Virus record (IMG/VR): IMGVR_UViG_3300027759_000056
Coordinates: 47,977-111,976 of that record
Direction: 5' to 3' (one strand)
Length of the DNA: 64,000 nucleotides
Source of the DNA: a virus
Part shown: positions 36,316-47,221 of the stretch, piece by piece
Layout of the letters: the number at the start of each line of letters is the position of its first letter
How positions within the stretch are numbered: position 1 is the stretch's first letter
Program-made: the position numbers and the translations under genes
The notes under the pieces: model-generated
The model's database searches: none
What the model was told of the DNA's origin: nothing
The model's input: the letters and a program-made list of their open reading frames with translations, nothing else

Positions 36316-37893
36316 ATGGCAGACAAAAAGTCATTAGTCGAGGAAGCATTACTTCAAATGAAAAATTTGGAAGAAGTAGTGGCTGAAAATGCAAAAGGAA
36401 TACTTGCTTCAACAATGAAGGGAGAAATCGCAGAATTAGTAAAAGAGTCTTTGAAAAAAGAGACTGACGAACAAGAAGAAGACGAGATGGGTATTGAAAT
36501 GGATTCTATGGATGACATGGGAGACGAAGATGAAATGGAAATCGACATGGATATGGACGATGAAGATGACATGGACGTTGAAGACATGGAAGATGACATG
36601 GAAATGGATTTCGATATGGACTCGGAAGATGAACAACCAATTGACCTTACAAACGCTTCAGATGAAGAAATCTTAAAGGTTTTCAAATCTATGGGTGATG
36701 AAGATGGTATTATCGTTAAAAAAGACGACAACCAAATCACTTTGGAAGATGAAGACGAAGATGCTGAATATATTATTCAGTTAGAAAGCGACATGGAAGA
36801 AGACACTATTGAAGAAATGGATGATGTTGAAATGGACGAGTATGAAATGGAAGAATCTGAATTATCTAACAAACAGTTAGATGATATGATGGCTGACATT
36901 TTTGGTTCTGAAATGGGAGAGTCTGATATGGAAGAAGAGTGGAACGAATCTGATTTAGAAGAAGACGATGATGTTGTTTACGAAATAACTATGGATGATG
37001 ACGATGAAGAAGAAGAGGAAGAAGAAGAATCCGTAAACGAAAATAAATTTACAGTTAAACCAAAAATGGGAACATTGAAAAAATCATCATTAACTACTAA
37101 AGCAGAAACTAAAGAAGGTTCAATGATGTCAAAACCTGTAGTTGGTAAAGGTGTAAAAACAGGTACAGCTAAATTTGAATATAAAGGAGGTAAAAAAATG
37201 GAAACAAAAGAAGCTTCTATCGAACCAAAAGGTAAAGCTAAAGGTGTCGGTATGAATTTATCTCCAAAGAAATTCGAATACAAAGAGGGTGAAATGGAAG
37301 AAAACTATGGTTCTAAAAAACACGAATACAGACGTAAGGATGTTGATGGTGTTGAAAAGAAAGCTGGTGAAAAAGGTGGTCATTACAAAGATTACGAAAA
37401 AGAGGAAACTAAAGAAGCTGCTAGAACTTTATCTAACGGTACAAGAAACTACCCAATGAGAAAAGGATTACCTAAAATGAAAGTTAAACCTAATTCAGCT
37501 CTTTCTGAAGAAGTAGTACGTTTGAGAGAAAAGAACGAAGAGTATAGAAAAGCTTTGAATGTATTCAGAGAAAAATTAAATGAAGTTGCGGTGTTCAACT
37601 CAAACTTAGCTTACGCTACAAGATTGTTTACTGAACATACAACAACTAAACAAGAAAAAATCAACATCTTAAGAAGATTTGATGACGTTGAATCATTGAA
37701 AGAATCTAAGTCTTTGTACGGCTCAATCAAAAACGAATTAACAAATAATAATCAAAGTGTTGTAACTGAATCTATGTCTAAGATTGAAAAATCTCCATCA
37801 TCAGGTTCGGCTCAAAACTTAATTGAATCTAAGACATACGAAAATCCACAATTCTTAAGAATGAAGGATATCATGTCTAAAATAGTAAAATAA
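36316..37893 (+). CDS. prohead scaffold/core protein (gp22-like)
   Basis: very acidic, coiled-coil C-terminus; between protease and MCP. Confidence 0.75.
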   Translation: MADKKSLVEEALLQMKNLEEVVAENAKGILASTMKGEIAELVKESLKKETDEQEEDEMGIEMDSMDDMGDEDEMEIDMDMDDEDDMDVEDMEDDMEMDFDMDSEDEQPIDLTNASDEEILKVFKSMGDEDGIIVKKDDNQITLEDEDEDAEYIIQLESDMEEDTIEEMDDVEMDEYEMEESELSNKQLDDMMADIFGSEMGESDMEEEWNESDLEEDDDVVYEITMDDDDEEEEEEEESVNENKFTVKPKMGTLKKSSLTTKAETKEGSMMSKPVVGKGVKTGTAKFEYKGGKKMETKEASIEPKGKAKGVGMNLSPKKFEYKEGEMEENYGSKKHEYRRKDVDGVEKKAGEKGGHYKDYEKEETKEAARTLSNGTRNYPMRKGLPKMKVKPNSALSEEVVRLREKNEEYRKALNVFREKLNEVAVFNSNLAYATRLFTEHTTTKQEKINILRRFDDVESLKESKSLYGSIKNELTNNNQSVVTESMSKIEKSPSSGSAQNLIESKTYENPQFLRMKDIMSKIVK

Positions 37894-37929
37894 AAATAAA
37901 CATAAAACTAAAAAAAAAATAAAATTAAA

Positions 37930-39822
37930 ATGGGTGCATTATTAGAAAGCGGTCTAGTTGGTAACATTGGGTTGAAACACTTAAAAGTTATCAAAGAAGA
38001 CACAATTAACAAATGGGATAAACTTGGCTTTTTGGAAGGTTTGAAAGGTCACATGAAAGAAAACGTAGCTCAGTTGTACGAAAACCAAGCTTCACACTTA
38101 ATCAATGAGGCTTCTTCAACTTCTGACTCTGGTTCTTTTGAAACAGTTGTTTTCCCAATCGTGAGAAGAGTATTCTCTAAATTATTAGCTAACGACATCG
38201 TGTCAGTACAAGCAATGAACTTACCAATCGGTAAATTGTTCTACTTCGTACCTAAAATTCAAGGTTACTCTGGTGGTACTTCTACTAACGGATACTTTGG
38301 TGATAGTGGTTCACACTACGCTCCAATAGGTTCTCCAGGAAACTATCAAGGTAATCCTAATCTTGGTTATACTGAGGTAAATGCTGGTTCTGGTACCTAC
38401 AATCCTATCTTTAACAAAGATTTGTATGACTTATTCTACGAAGGTAACGAACCAAACTTGGACCCACCAGGATTGTTTGATTACTCTAAAGGTCAGTGGA
38501 CAGCTGTAACAGCTACAACTGTAACTTACGCATGGGATGCAGCTGGTTATTTATTACCATCAGCATATAACACAAGTACACCTATCCCTAATAACACAAC
38601 TTCTAATTTCAGAAAAGTAATCATCGTTATGAGTGGATTCTCTAGTGCGGGTGCTGGTCAATTGATTGGTCCAAATGGTAATACTATGGACACTGAAGAA
38701 TTCTTGTCTGGTTTGAACATTTTTGGTGTTTCTGGTAACCAATACACTTCAGGTAACACACAAGCTCCTTACTTATTCAGAGTAGTAACTCAAAGATATG
38801 GTAAAGGTATTGTTCAATACGGTAGTAACGTTAATGTTAACTTCCCTAGTGGTCCTGGTACTTACAACGCTAACTCAGGTGGTTCTTTCTACAACGTATG
38901 TGACGCACAAGGTTTCATTTTCTTAGAAATCGATTTACAAACACCTGTTTGTATTTCTTGTGGTGACACATCTCCTGATGGTTACACAGGTTCAACATTC
39001 TCTTCATCAACAGTTGCAAACAACGCATTCATTGCAGTTTACAGATTGTATAAAGAGTTGGAATTTGAAGACCAAATCGGTGAAGTTTCTTTCGACCTTG
39101 AATCAGTTACTGTTTCAGTTACAGAAAGAAAATTAAGAGCTCAATGGTCTCCTGAATTGGCTCAAGACGTTGCAGCGTTCCACAACATTGATGCTGAAGC
39201 TGAATTAACAGCTTTATTGTCAGAACAAGTTGCGGCTGAAATCGACAGAGAAATCTTACGTGATTTGAGAAAAGGTGCGGCATGGAACTTGAGATGGGAT
39301 TACAACGGTTGGAAGAGATTAGCTTCTTCTGGAACTACACCATACACTCAAAAAGATTGGAACCAAACTTTGATTACTGCTATCAACCAATTGTCAGCTC
39401 AAATCCACAAATCAACATTGAGAGGTGGAGCTAACTGGATTGTTGTATCTTCTGAAGTTTCAGCTATCTTTGATGATTTGGAATACTTCCACGTATCAAA
39501 CGCAGCTCCTGACCAAGACCAATACAACATGGGTATCGAAAGAATCGGTACATTGTCAGGAAGATACCAAGTGTATCGTGACCCTTACTTCCCAGCTAAC
39601 CAAGTGTTAATCGGACACAAAGGTACAAGCTTGTTGGATACTGGTTACATCTACGCTCCATATGTTCCTTTACAGTTGACTCCAACTATGTATAACCCAT
39701 TCAACTTCACACCTATCAAGGGTATCATGACAAGATACGCTAAGAAAATGGTTAACAACCGTTTCTATGGTAGAGTAACAGTTGATGGTGTAAGAACATT
39801 CAACTTACAAGAATTGAGATAA
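37930..39822 (+). CDS. major capsid protein (T4 gp23-like)
   Basis: RKLRAQWSPELAQDVAAFHNIDAEAEL; YAPYVPL; GIMTRYA. Confidence 0.97.
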   Translation: MGALLESGLVGNIGLKHLKVIKEDTINKWDKLGFLEGLKGHMKENVAQLYENQASHLINEASSTSDSGSFETVVFPIVRRVFSKLLANDIVSVQAMNLPIGKLFYFVPKIQGYSGGTSTNGYFGDSGSHYAPIGSPGNYQGNPNLGYTEVNAGSGTYNPIFNKDLYDLFYEGNEPNLDPPGLFDYSKGQWTAVTATTVTYAWDAAGYLLPSAYNTSTPIPNNTTSNFRKVIIVMSGFSSAGAGQLIGPNGNTMDTEEFLSGLNIFGVSGNQYTSGNTQAPYLFRVVTQRYGKGIVQYGSNVNVNFPSGPGTYNANSGGSFYNVCDAQGFIFLEIDLQTPVCISCGDTSPDGYTGSTFSSSTVANNAFIAVYRLYKELEFEDQIGEVSFDLESVTVSVTERKLRAQWSPELAQDVAAFHNIDAEAELTALLSEQVAAEIDREILRDLRKGAAWNLRWDYNGWKRLASSGTTPYTQKDWNQTLITAINQLSAQIHKSTLRGGANWIVVSSEVSAIFDDLEYFHVSNAAPDQDQYNMGIERIGTLSGRYQVYRDPYFPANQVLIGHKGTSLLDTGYIYAPYVPLQLTPTMYNPFNFTPIKGIMTRYAKKMVNNRFYGRVTVDGVRTFNLQELR

Positions 39823-39842
39823 TCTCAAAAATTCATAAAAAG

Positions 39843-39870
39843 AAAAGGGGACCAAAAGTCCCCTTTTTTT
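39843..39870. terminator. bidirectional terminator after MCP
   Basis: AAAAGGGGAC-CAAAA-GTCCCCTTTT. Confidence 0.8.
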
Positions 39871-40108
39871 ATTTACTAAAAACTATTCTTAATGATTTAG
39901 AAATTGCTTCAGATTCTTGCAAATCAAACAACCCTTTAACAAAAGCATAATTTAATGACTCCTTAATACAATATATTGCTTGGTCTTCAGTCATACTATC
40001 TAAGAAGAGATTTAACTGTTCTTGTGAAGTATAATGTAATGATTCAAAAAGAACTCCAATAACTTCTTTTTTTTCGGTTATTTTTTCGTTATTGTCAGTA
40101 TTTTCCAT
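39869..40108 (-). CDS. hypothetical protein
   Basis: 79-aa ORF. Confidence 0.6.
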   Translation of the reverse strand: MENTDNNEKITEKKEVIGVLFESLHYTSQEQLNLFLDSMTEDQAIYCIKESLNYAFVKGLFDLQESEAISKSLRIVFSK

Positions 40109-40176
40109 ATTTTTTTATATTTATCTGTGGTTATTTTTTATAATCAAATAATAAGAAAATTTTACGTAAAAAACAA

Positions 40177-40758
40177 ATGAAAAACCCAAACAAATCAAAC
40201 AATGTTAATCTTGTATTGAAAGAAGATTTAGCTGTTTGGTTTGGAACAAAAAAGAAACCAAAAGGTAGTAAACAACCAAAAGGTCCATGGGTTAATATTT
40301 GTCGTAAAGATGAGAATGGTAAACATCCATCATGTGGAAGACCTGACACATCTAAAGGCGGATATCCAAAATGTAGAGCCGCTGGAGTTGCGGGTAAAAT
40401 GTCTGATTCTCAAAAAAGAGCAGCTTGTTCACAAAAAAGAACCGCTGAAAAAAAAGATACTCAAACAGGAAAAGGTCAAAAACCTGTAATGACATCGTAT
40501 AAACCAAAAAAATCTAAAAATGAAGGTATGAGACAAACAATTAAGTCCATCCTCCAAGAACAAGTTAGAAAAAGTAACATGCTAGAACTTGGAACTTTAT
40601 TCGAATCAAGAGAAGTTGGAAATATTAAAGAAGCAAAGAAAATTGCTCAACAACACTTGAACGAAAATCCAAGATATTATTGTGTCTTACATAGAATAGG
40701 ACTTATTGAAGGAGCGGATGCAAGTAACTTAGCAAACAAAACTTGCCCATCAAGTTAA
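40177..40758 (+). CDS. basic Cys-containing hypothetical protein
   Basis: LKE|DLAVWF...WVNIC...CGR...YPKCR. Confidence 0.65.
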   Translation: MKNPNKSNNVNLVLKEDLAVWFGTKKKPKGSKQPKGPWVNICRKDENGKHPSCGRPDTSKGGYPKCRAAGVAGKMSDSQKRAACSQKRTAEKKDTQTGKGQKPVMTSYKPKKSKNEGMRQTIKSILQEQVRKSNMLELGTLFESREVGNIKEAKKIAQQHLNENPRYYCVLHRIGLIEGADASNLANKTCPSS

Positions 40759-41157
40759 AGTATGTAAAATATTTTTTAATGAGTGTTTGATGTTTGAAGT
40801 AATTTCTTCTTCCATCTTTAATCTTTGATTTTCTAAAACCTCATTAAAATAGTTAAGAATTTCTTCTTTAGATTTGTCTTGAATTGATACCGTATAAGAA
40901 TATTTGTGATTAATCACATTTACCGTATTACCCTCAATAGTAATAAAAATAGAATTTTCAGGGTTATGAATGTATTTTTTGTTTGACAATGGTGTCATCA
41001 ATAATTGAGTTTCAGGTTTATCAATGAGTTTTTTACAAATTGAAATACAATCCATTTCGTATTTTGTTCGTTGACCTCTTTGATAGTCCATCTTTCTCGC
41101 AGAATCAATATACATTCTTTGAATCCATCTTCTAAATGCGTGTTTATACTCTTTCAT
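40750..41157 (-). CDS. hypothetical protein
   Basis: 135-aa ORF; TATATTTG upstream. Confidence 0.65.
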   Translation of the reverse strand: MKEYKHAFRRWIQRMYIDSARKMDYQRGQRTKYEMDCISICKKLIDKPETQLLMTPLSNKKYIHNPENSIFITIEGNTVNVINHKYSYTVSIQDKSKEEILNYFNEVLENQRLKMEEEITSNIKHSLKNILHTLT

Positions 41158-41194
41158 AGTGTTTAGGATACAAATATACTAATGTTTTTTGATA

Positions 41195-41671
41195 TTAACA
41201 ATAGGAACCTGAACAATGTTTCTTACCGTCTAAACCTTTGATTTTACCTTTACATACCTGAACCGCATATCCGTTAGCATATGCTGATGGATAAACATCA
41301 AACTTTGATTTAGCCGCTGATTTACCACGAGCACAAAGTTTAGTACCTGTTTTTTTCTTACCTTCTTGCATTTGCATTTCGTCCCCCATTGAATCATCGG
41401 TAATGTGGTCTGTATTAATTTGATTCATCATAAAATCAAACACTTGGTCAATGTTTTCTTTCGCTACGGCTACGTGGTCTTGAGCCCAATCGTGACCTTG
41501 TTCTAAAATACTAACTACAGCGTCCTCACCCAATTCAAGTAGGATTGCGGTTTGTCTGTGTAATTGTTCTAAATTACTGAAGAACATGTATCTTTCATTT
41601 TCTTGTTCAGCTAAAACCTTTTTAACTAAGGCGTTAATATCTGATTCTTTAAGTCTAACTATTTTTTTCAT
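41195..41671 (-). CDS. head-associated hypothetical protein
   Basis: MKKIVRLKESDINALVKKVLAEQ; C-terminal YPSAYANG Cys module. Confidence 0.7.
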   Translation of the reverse strand: MKKIVRLKESDINALVKKVLAEQENERYMFFSNLEQLHRQTAILLELGEDAVVSILEQGHDWAQDHVAVAKENIDQVFDFMMNQINTDHITDDSMGDEMQMQEGKKKTGTKLCARGKSAAKSKFDVYPSAYANGYAVQVCKGKIKGLDGKKHCSGSYC

Positions 41672-43152
41672 TTTTTGTTTACAATTTGGAACATTAATTC
41701 TCTTTGATAAGTATCTCTTTCTCCGCTAGTATTCACACGGATATCTACATAATATTGATTTGGAATTTTATCTCTTGTGTCAAACATGAAATAATATTCA
41801 TTTGGTGTTCTGTTTATTGGAGTCCAATCTTGAACTTGAACTTCGGTATTACCTTCTCTCACATAAACACGATAGAACGCTTCAATATCGTTCAACACTA
41901 CTTGACTTGTATATGCTTGTTTGATGGTCACCATGACCTTCCTAATGTCTGTATTAAGTATTTTTTCGTTTTGTTTAATACCACTAAAATCAAATCCGTA
42001 TAGTATTGGGTCTTTTGATTGATAACCAATTTGATACACAGATGATTGACTTAATAATACAAACTCATTTTCCACATTACTTAATGTTACACCATTTTTT
42101 ACCAAATCAGACCATTGGTCAGTAAATTGACATGGAGTTGAGTATCCCGTAATTGGTGGAATTGTAACTTCATAAACTCCCTTTGTCTTCAAACATGTTG
42201 TAAGTGCTGACATACCAGGTACAATTTCGCCATTTGAGTCTAAAATCGCGACTGTTGGGTCATTATCTAAGTTCATAAAGTCACCACTTGAATATACGTA
42301 TAGATATAAGTGATTTGTTCTGCCAGCAGGGAATTGGTTTCTATCATCTTTGATAATATCATCATAAGTTGTTTGAAGATACGGTTCATAGAATGTTTGA
42401 GTGTGTTTTGTAAAGAACCCGACTGAATATGTTTCAGTCAGTCCTGTAATATTTTCAATTTCAGGTACGTAGGCAATACCCCATCCAGTCACACCTGTAA
42501 TTGTTCCTTGTAAAACACCATTAATTTCGTTTGACATATCAAATGAAATATCTTCATTACCCAATTCAAAATGTTGTCTGTCAACGATAGTAAGGGCTGA
42601 GTAGTTAAGACCCGAATAATTACCAACAATTGTGTTTGTATTGTTATATAAACCAGGGTAAGACCAATTGTTTAATGTTGTTCCCTGAAACCAATTTGAT
42701 GGTCGAGTACTAAATGCTTGGTTATTTGAATATTCGGCAACTGCTGGTTGATAAACATAATCAAAACCAACACCTTCATCCCATTCTTGAGCAATACCCG
42801 TAGAACCTGAATATTCAGGTATTCTAAATAAAATTAAATCAAATGATGTTGCTCTTCTTGAACCTTCAGATGTTGTACCATTTAATAATTCAATATCAAA
42901 TGATGCGGTGTTTATCATATTAAGAACGTGAGTCATTCCTGATGTACATCCTGTTGAAATAATACCTGAGGCGATTTGTTCTTCTAAATAAGTTAAATCC
43001 AAATCAAATATAAATCTTGTAAATCCTCTTGGGGCGTAAGTTGCTAAATCACCACCAAAATATAATTGGGTTACAGGGTTTCTACCAGTGTTGGTATAAC
43101 TGTTGTATTCAAGTGTGTTGTTCTTGCTAAAATATGACTTTAATATAGACAT
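41668..43152 (-). CDS. structural protein, probable baseplate/tail
   Basis: 494 aa, beta-rich; adjacent to the gp5-like gene. Confidence 0.6.
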   Translation of the reverse strand: MSILKSYFSKNNTLEYNSYTNTGRNPVTQLYFGGDLATYAPRGFTRFIFDLDLTYLEEQIASGIISTGCTSGMTHVLNMINTASFDIELLNGTTSEGSRRATSFDLILFRIPEYSGSTGIAQEWDEGVGFDYVYQPAVAEYSNNQAFSTRPSNWFQGTTLNNWSYPGLYNNTNTIVGNYSGLNYSALTIVDRQHFELGNEDISFDMSNEINGVLQGTITGVTGWGIAYVPEIENITGLTETYSVGFFTKHTQTFYEPYLQTTYDDIIKDDRNQFPAGRTNHLYLYVYSSGDFMNLDNDPTVAILDSNGEIVPGMSALTTCLKTKGVYEVTIPPITGYSTPCQFTDQWSDLVKNGVTLSNVENEFVLLSQSSVYQIGYQSKDPILYGFDFSGIKQNEKILNTDIRKVMVTIKQAYTSQVVLNDIEAFYRVYVREGNTEVQVQDWTPINRTPNEYYFMFDTRDKIPNQYYVDIRVNTSGERDTYQRELMFQIVNKK

Positions 43153-43173
43153 TGATACTTTAGTATATAAATA

Positions 43174-44661
43174 TCAATTAACTCTAATATGTGGATTCAA
43201 AATTGTATTTTGAGCATTTTGGAGTTGAGAAAGTATATTATTTGCCGATGTACCATCAGTTCCAACAGGTACTGCAGGTGCTCCTGGTATTGCGTGAACG
43301 TGAGATAATAAGAATTGTACGATAACATTTAGTAATTGAATTAACTCCTCACCACGTACCATAGACGAAGTACTTGGTAATATTTTTTCAGTTAAATCAT
43401 TTTGACTAATACCGTATAAAGTACCTTCCAAATTAACTGGTTTGTTTGATAAATAAGATAATAAAAATAAAGTATCGGCACCCATACCCCCAAATGTTCC
43501 GTATGTTGATTCAATATCTTTTGGGATATAATCTTGAATATCTACTTTGTATGGTTTACCCACTTGATTTTTTTCTCTAACAATAGCAAATCTATAACTT
43601 TCAATCCCCAAACCTGAATTTAATGTAACATTACTTGCAAATTTGGTAACATTTGAAAACACAATTGGATTAATTGTCAAATCTGTTGATGTTAATATTT
43701 TTCGATTTGGTGTTGATGGACGATATGCGAATGGAAATTGGTTTTCAACTTTTGGACCATTATGAATTTGACCTTCATTTACACCTTTGATAAAGTCATT
43801 AATTAATTTTACGGTCCTTTCAAATGAATAACCAATAAACGGTTGATAATATTCTAAAAATTTAACATCTTCTAAATCAGAATCAAAATTAATATTATCA
43901 CTCAATGTTTTATTAACTGGTTTCAAACTATACAATCTAATTGCACCAGTAAAAGCATTTTGTTCATTTTCTAAATTTTGAATATCCCATTCAACAAGTT
44001 TTAATACTTGTTGGTTAACACTATTAATACCCAAAAATGTCTTTTTTGGTTTTGTTACAGTTTTTGTGGTAAAGTTTGAAAGTTGTAAAAAGGCTCTATT
44101 TGGATTTCCAACAGGTTGTTGATTTGCTTCCAACCTTTTTGTTTTACCAGCACGTAACATAATTGTGTCGGGTTTAACAATCATATCAGCAGCACCCCTA
44201 CCCATGATAGCGTTATCACCTGGTTCAGGGAAAATACCGTCAGTAGAACCTGAAAAATAAGTACCATTAAGGTTTTTTAATTTTAATGTTTTGGCAACTC
44301 TATCACCTTGTGCTGTAAATGCGTTTGCTTGTTGTATTTGTTCATATGGTAAACTCATTGGAGATGAGAATCCACCCTGAACATAATATTGGTCTTGGTA
44401 TGGATAAAAACTATTTTGATAAATAATATTAACTCTTTCATGGAGTAATGGTACCTGAGCAAAGAACATTGGTAACAATGGTGTTTGTACAAATGGGTCT
44501 TTTGGTCCCCACTTATCTTTTGTTGGGTCAAATTCAAAGGCTTCTAACGCAGCTCTAATTGTTTGGTCAACAGGATACGCACGAATTCTCCCCAAAACCC
44601 AAGGGTCTTGGTTATCAACTACTTCAGCTGGGAATAATATCCTTTTATAACTTTTGTCCAT
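43174..44661 (-). CDS. baseplate hub/spike protein (gp5/VgrG-like)
   Basis: AEVVDNQDPWVLGRIRA OB-fold start; C-terminal HVH. Confidence 0.7.
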   Translation of the reverse strand: MDKSYKRILFPAEVVDNQDPWVLGRIRAYPVDQTIRAALEAFEFDPTKDKWGPKDPFVQTPLLPMFFAQVPLLHERVNIIYQNSFYPYQDQYYVQGGFSSPMSLPYEQIQQANAFTAQGDRVAKTLKLKNLNGTYFSGSTDGIFPEPGDNAIMGRGAADMIVKPDTIMLRAGKTKRLEANQQPVGNPNRAFLQLSNFTTKTVTKPKKTFLGINSVNQQVLKLVEWDIQNLENEQNAFTGAIRLYSLKPVNKTLSDNINFDSDLEDVKFLEYYQPFIGYSFERTVKLINDFIKGVNEGQIHNGPKVENQFPFAYRPSTPNRKILTSTDLTINPIVFSNVTKFASNVTLNSGLGIESYRFAIVREKNQVGKPYKVDIQDYIPKDIESTYGTFGGMGADTLFLLSYLSNKPVNLEGTLYGISQNDLTEKILPSTSSMVRGEELIQLLNVIVQFLLSHVHAIPGAPAVPVGTDGTSANNILSQLQNAQNTILNPHIRVN

Positions 44662-44872
44662 GTAATCTTGTTTCGTGTTCTTTTAATAACTTATTATAAA
44701 GCTCTTCAATATTATCTAAATGTTTTGTAAGGCTAAGAATCATTTCTTTGGTTTCTTCAAAGTCTTCACTTAAAAAATCCATGACTTTTGTTAAATCAGT
44801 ATTGCTTTTATTTTTGATATCGGCAATAATCTCATTAAATTCTTCAATTGATATTTTGTTTGATGTAATCAT
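44645..44872 (-). CDS. small coiled-coil protein
   Basis: coupled ORF. Confidence 0.65.
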   Translation of the reverse strand: MITSNKISIEEFNEIIADIKNKSNTDLTKVMDFLSEDFEETKEMILSLTKHLDNIEELYNKLLKEHETRLHGQKL

Positions 44873-46818
44873 AATGGTATTCCTGTAAACGGTACTGGTA
44901 TTGTAATACCTATTGGTAAAACAATTTGTTGTGGTGTCATACCAGCAATTTTTGAATTTTTATCCCTTTCGGATTCAACACCTGTTATTGCGGCTTGTTG
45001 AGCAATCATAAATTGATTTGGACTTCCATCTGGCATTGGACCTGTTGGTATCCCCAAAGCTTGGAAATTTTGTATTACCTGTAAAGACGCTCGTACTGAA
45101 TTAAATCCTGAACGTAATGATGCTAATGGTAGTAAAAATGGTGGTATTTGTATACTAGTTCCTCGTAAGGCAAATTCAATAATGTTTAATATATCACCAA
45201 TAACACTTTTACATTTTCTATAATCATCAACTAATTGAGTTATTAAAATTGTTAATTCAATTAATTGTGTAATTATAGCGTATTTTTTAGTTACCGCACT
45301 TTTTTGTAAATCTTTTGTTACTACTTGTAAAAGTTTTCTAACATCTCTTACAATAATATTTCTTAATATTTTGACAAACTCAGCACCAATTTTGGACATA
45401 ATCTGAATGTTCATTTTCTTAAAGACATTTATGAATGTTTTTAAGTTATAAACTTGATTTACCGCTGAAGTTGTTGTACTTACCAACGCACTTTCTAACG
45501 CTTTAAACATTACCATAAATGGTAGTAAAACTTTTGGTGACAAAACGGCAGTATATAGGGCTTTTGGTAATGATTTTACAATTTCATTATCAATTTTAAT
45601 TCCTATTGAATCAATTTGGGGCCAACCAGTATTACCTTTAACAGAATTTACTGTTTGGTTTAATAATGCTATTGTTTTGGCTGAATCATTTTCATCAAAA
45701 TCTAATATTTGTAATAAATTATTAAAAATTGCTTGGGTATCAACAGGTAATTTAACATTTGTACAATCTTGATATTCAATTACACCTCTTTGTATGTTAG
45801 ATAATTTTGATTCAATTTCTCTTAAATCAATATCCGTTAACTCAAAGAAACTTTCATCGACACCATCTAAAGGAGCCACTTTGGCATTTCCACTTACATC
45901 TATTTCACTTCTATCATCAAAACACAATCCTAAAATTCTTGTTAAAATTTTTTGAAAATATTCACCATCTTCAACTTGGCCAACACCCATCTTTAAGTCA
46001 ATTGAAACGGCTCCAAATAAATTTTGAAATAATTGTAGGAAAATATTTTTGGTGTTAACTATTTCAATTGAGTTAAAATAGTCAGTCATAAACTGACTAA
46101 TTAAATTTAAGTTATCGGCTCTATTTTTTAAATCAACTTTGAAAAAGTTACCATTATTTCCATTTCCATCTTTTGTTACATACACAATATCAAATAATGA
46201 TTGATTAGATGACCCTAAATAATCTTGACCATAACTATCACTGTATGAAACATTTTCATTTTGAACTCGTTCATAAAGTTCTTTATTCATTGAAAACGGA
46301 GCGTCTTGAATTGTGATTTTTGGTGATTCGTAAGTCAATTTTCCTACAGTAGTATCCGGTGATAACTTTAATGTACCAAATAAATCAACACTCTCAACCG
46401 GAATATAAAATGATAAAGAATTATATGTTTGTTCTTGAGAACAACCTAATTGATTCATCATTTCATCAACAATAATTTGAGGTATTCTTGATTTAATTCG
46501 ATTTAATGATTCAGTAAATTGATTTTTAATTAAACTTGCAGTTGAACTAACTGTCTGTCCTGACACACGGTTATTTGGTAATAACGTATTTAAGTCAAGT
46601 AATTTATCTAATTGTGATGTTACTTGTCTTTGAAATCTTTTTTGTTGTTCTTGTAATTGTGATAATTGTGAGGCAGTATTTGTTGTGTCTTGTTCAAAAG
46701 ACGATTGTTGTTGTGAAAGAAGTTGTTGTGTACCTTGGGTTACTTGATTGTAAGTATCAAGGGACTTAATTCGTTCACTAGTTTTTGCATATTCCTCATT
46801 TAGGTCAAGTCCTGGCAT
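44869..46818 (-). CDS. large structural hypothetical protein
   Basis: 649-aa ORF. Confidence 0.7.
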   Translation of the reverse strand: MPGLDLNEEYAKTSERIKSLDTYNQVTQGTQQLLSQQQSSFEQDTTNTASQLSQLQEQQKRFQRQVTSQLDKLLDLNTLLPNNRVSGQTVSSTASLIKNQFTESLNRIKSRIPQIIVDEMMNQLGCSQEQTYNSLSFYIPVESVDLFGTLKLSPDTTVGKLTYESPKITIQDAPFSMNKELYERVQNENVSYSDSYGQDYLGSSNQSLFDIVYVTKDGNGNNGNFFKVDLKNRADNLNLISQFMTDYFNSIEIVNTKNIFLQLFQNLFGAVSIDLKMGVGQVEDGEYFQKILTRILGLCFDDRSEIDVSGNAKVAPLDGVDESFFELTDIDLREIESKLSNIQRGVIEYQDCTNVKLPVDTQAIFNNLLQILDFDENDSAKTIALLNQTVNSVKGNTGWPQIDSIGIKIDNEIVKSLPKALYTAVLSPKVLLPFMVMFKALESALVSTTTSAVNQVYNLKTFINVFKKMNIQIMSKIGAEFVKILRNIIVRDVRKLLQVVTKDLQKSAVTKKYAIITQLIELTILITQLVDDYRKCKSVIGDILNIIEFALRGTSIQIPPFLLPLASLRSGFNSVRASLQVIQNFQALGIPTGPMPDGSPNQFMIAQQAAITGVESERDKNSKIAGMTPQQIVLPIGITIPVPFTGIPL

Positions 46819-46824
46819 TTACAA

Positions 46825-47196
46825 TTATTTAAGTTTGTATGGCTTATCCGCCATACTTTCAATATCTTTATGTATTAAAGATTGTAACATATCATCATCA
46901 ATATCGCTTAATGACATATTATCGTCTTCTTTGTTATTTGATTTTTCCCAAATTGTAGATTGTAATTTGGCAAGTGTTAATTTTTTCTCAACAACATCAT
47001 TAATAATTTTTTGTTGTTTTTCCAATACAGGACCAATAACAGTCATGTCTTCAGGGTCTTTTAACAAAGCCAACATTTTATTTTGAACTCTAATCGCTGT
47101 TGACCTTTGTTCCACTAATTCATTATATATCTCTTGTAATAGAGATAATACAGAATCTTTACTAAGATTTATTTCTTTTTTCTTTGGTCTAGACAT
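46825..47196 (-). CDS. hypothetical protein
   Basis: 123-aa ORF; TATTTAT 4 nt upstream. Confidence 0.7.
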   Translation of the reverse strand: MSRPKKKEINLSKDSVLSLLQEIYNELVEQRSTAIRVQNKMLALLKDPEDMTVIGPVLEKQQKIINDVVEKKLTLAKLQSTIWEKSNNKEDDNMSLSDIDDDMLQSLIHKDIESMADKPYKLK

Positions 47197-47221
47197 ACTG
47201 ATAAATATTATTTTTTATGTT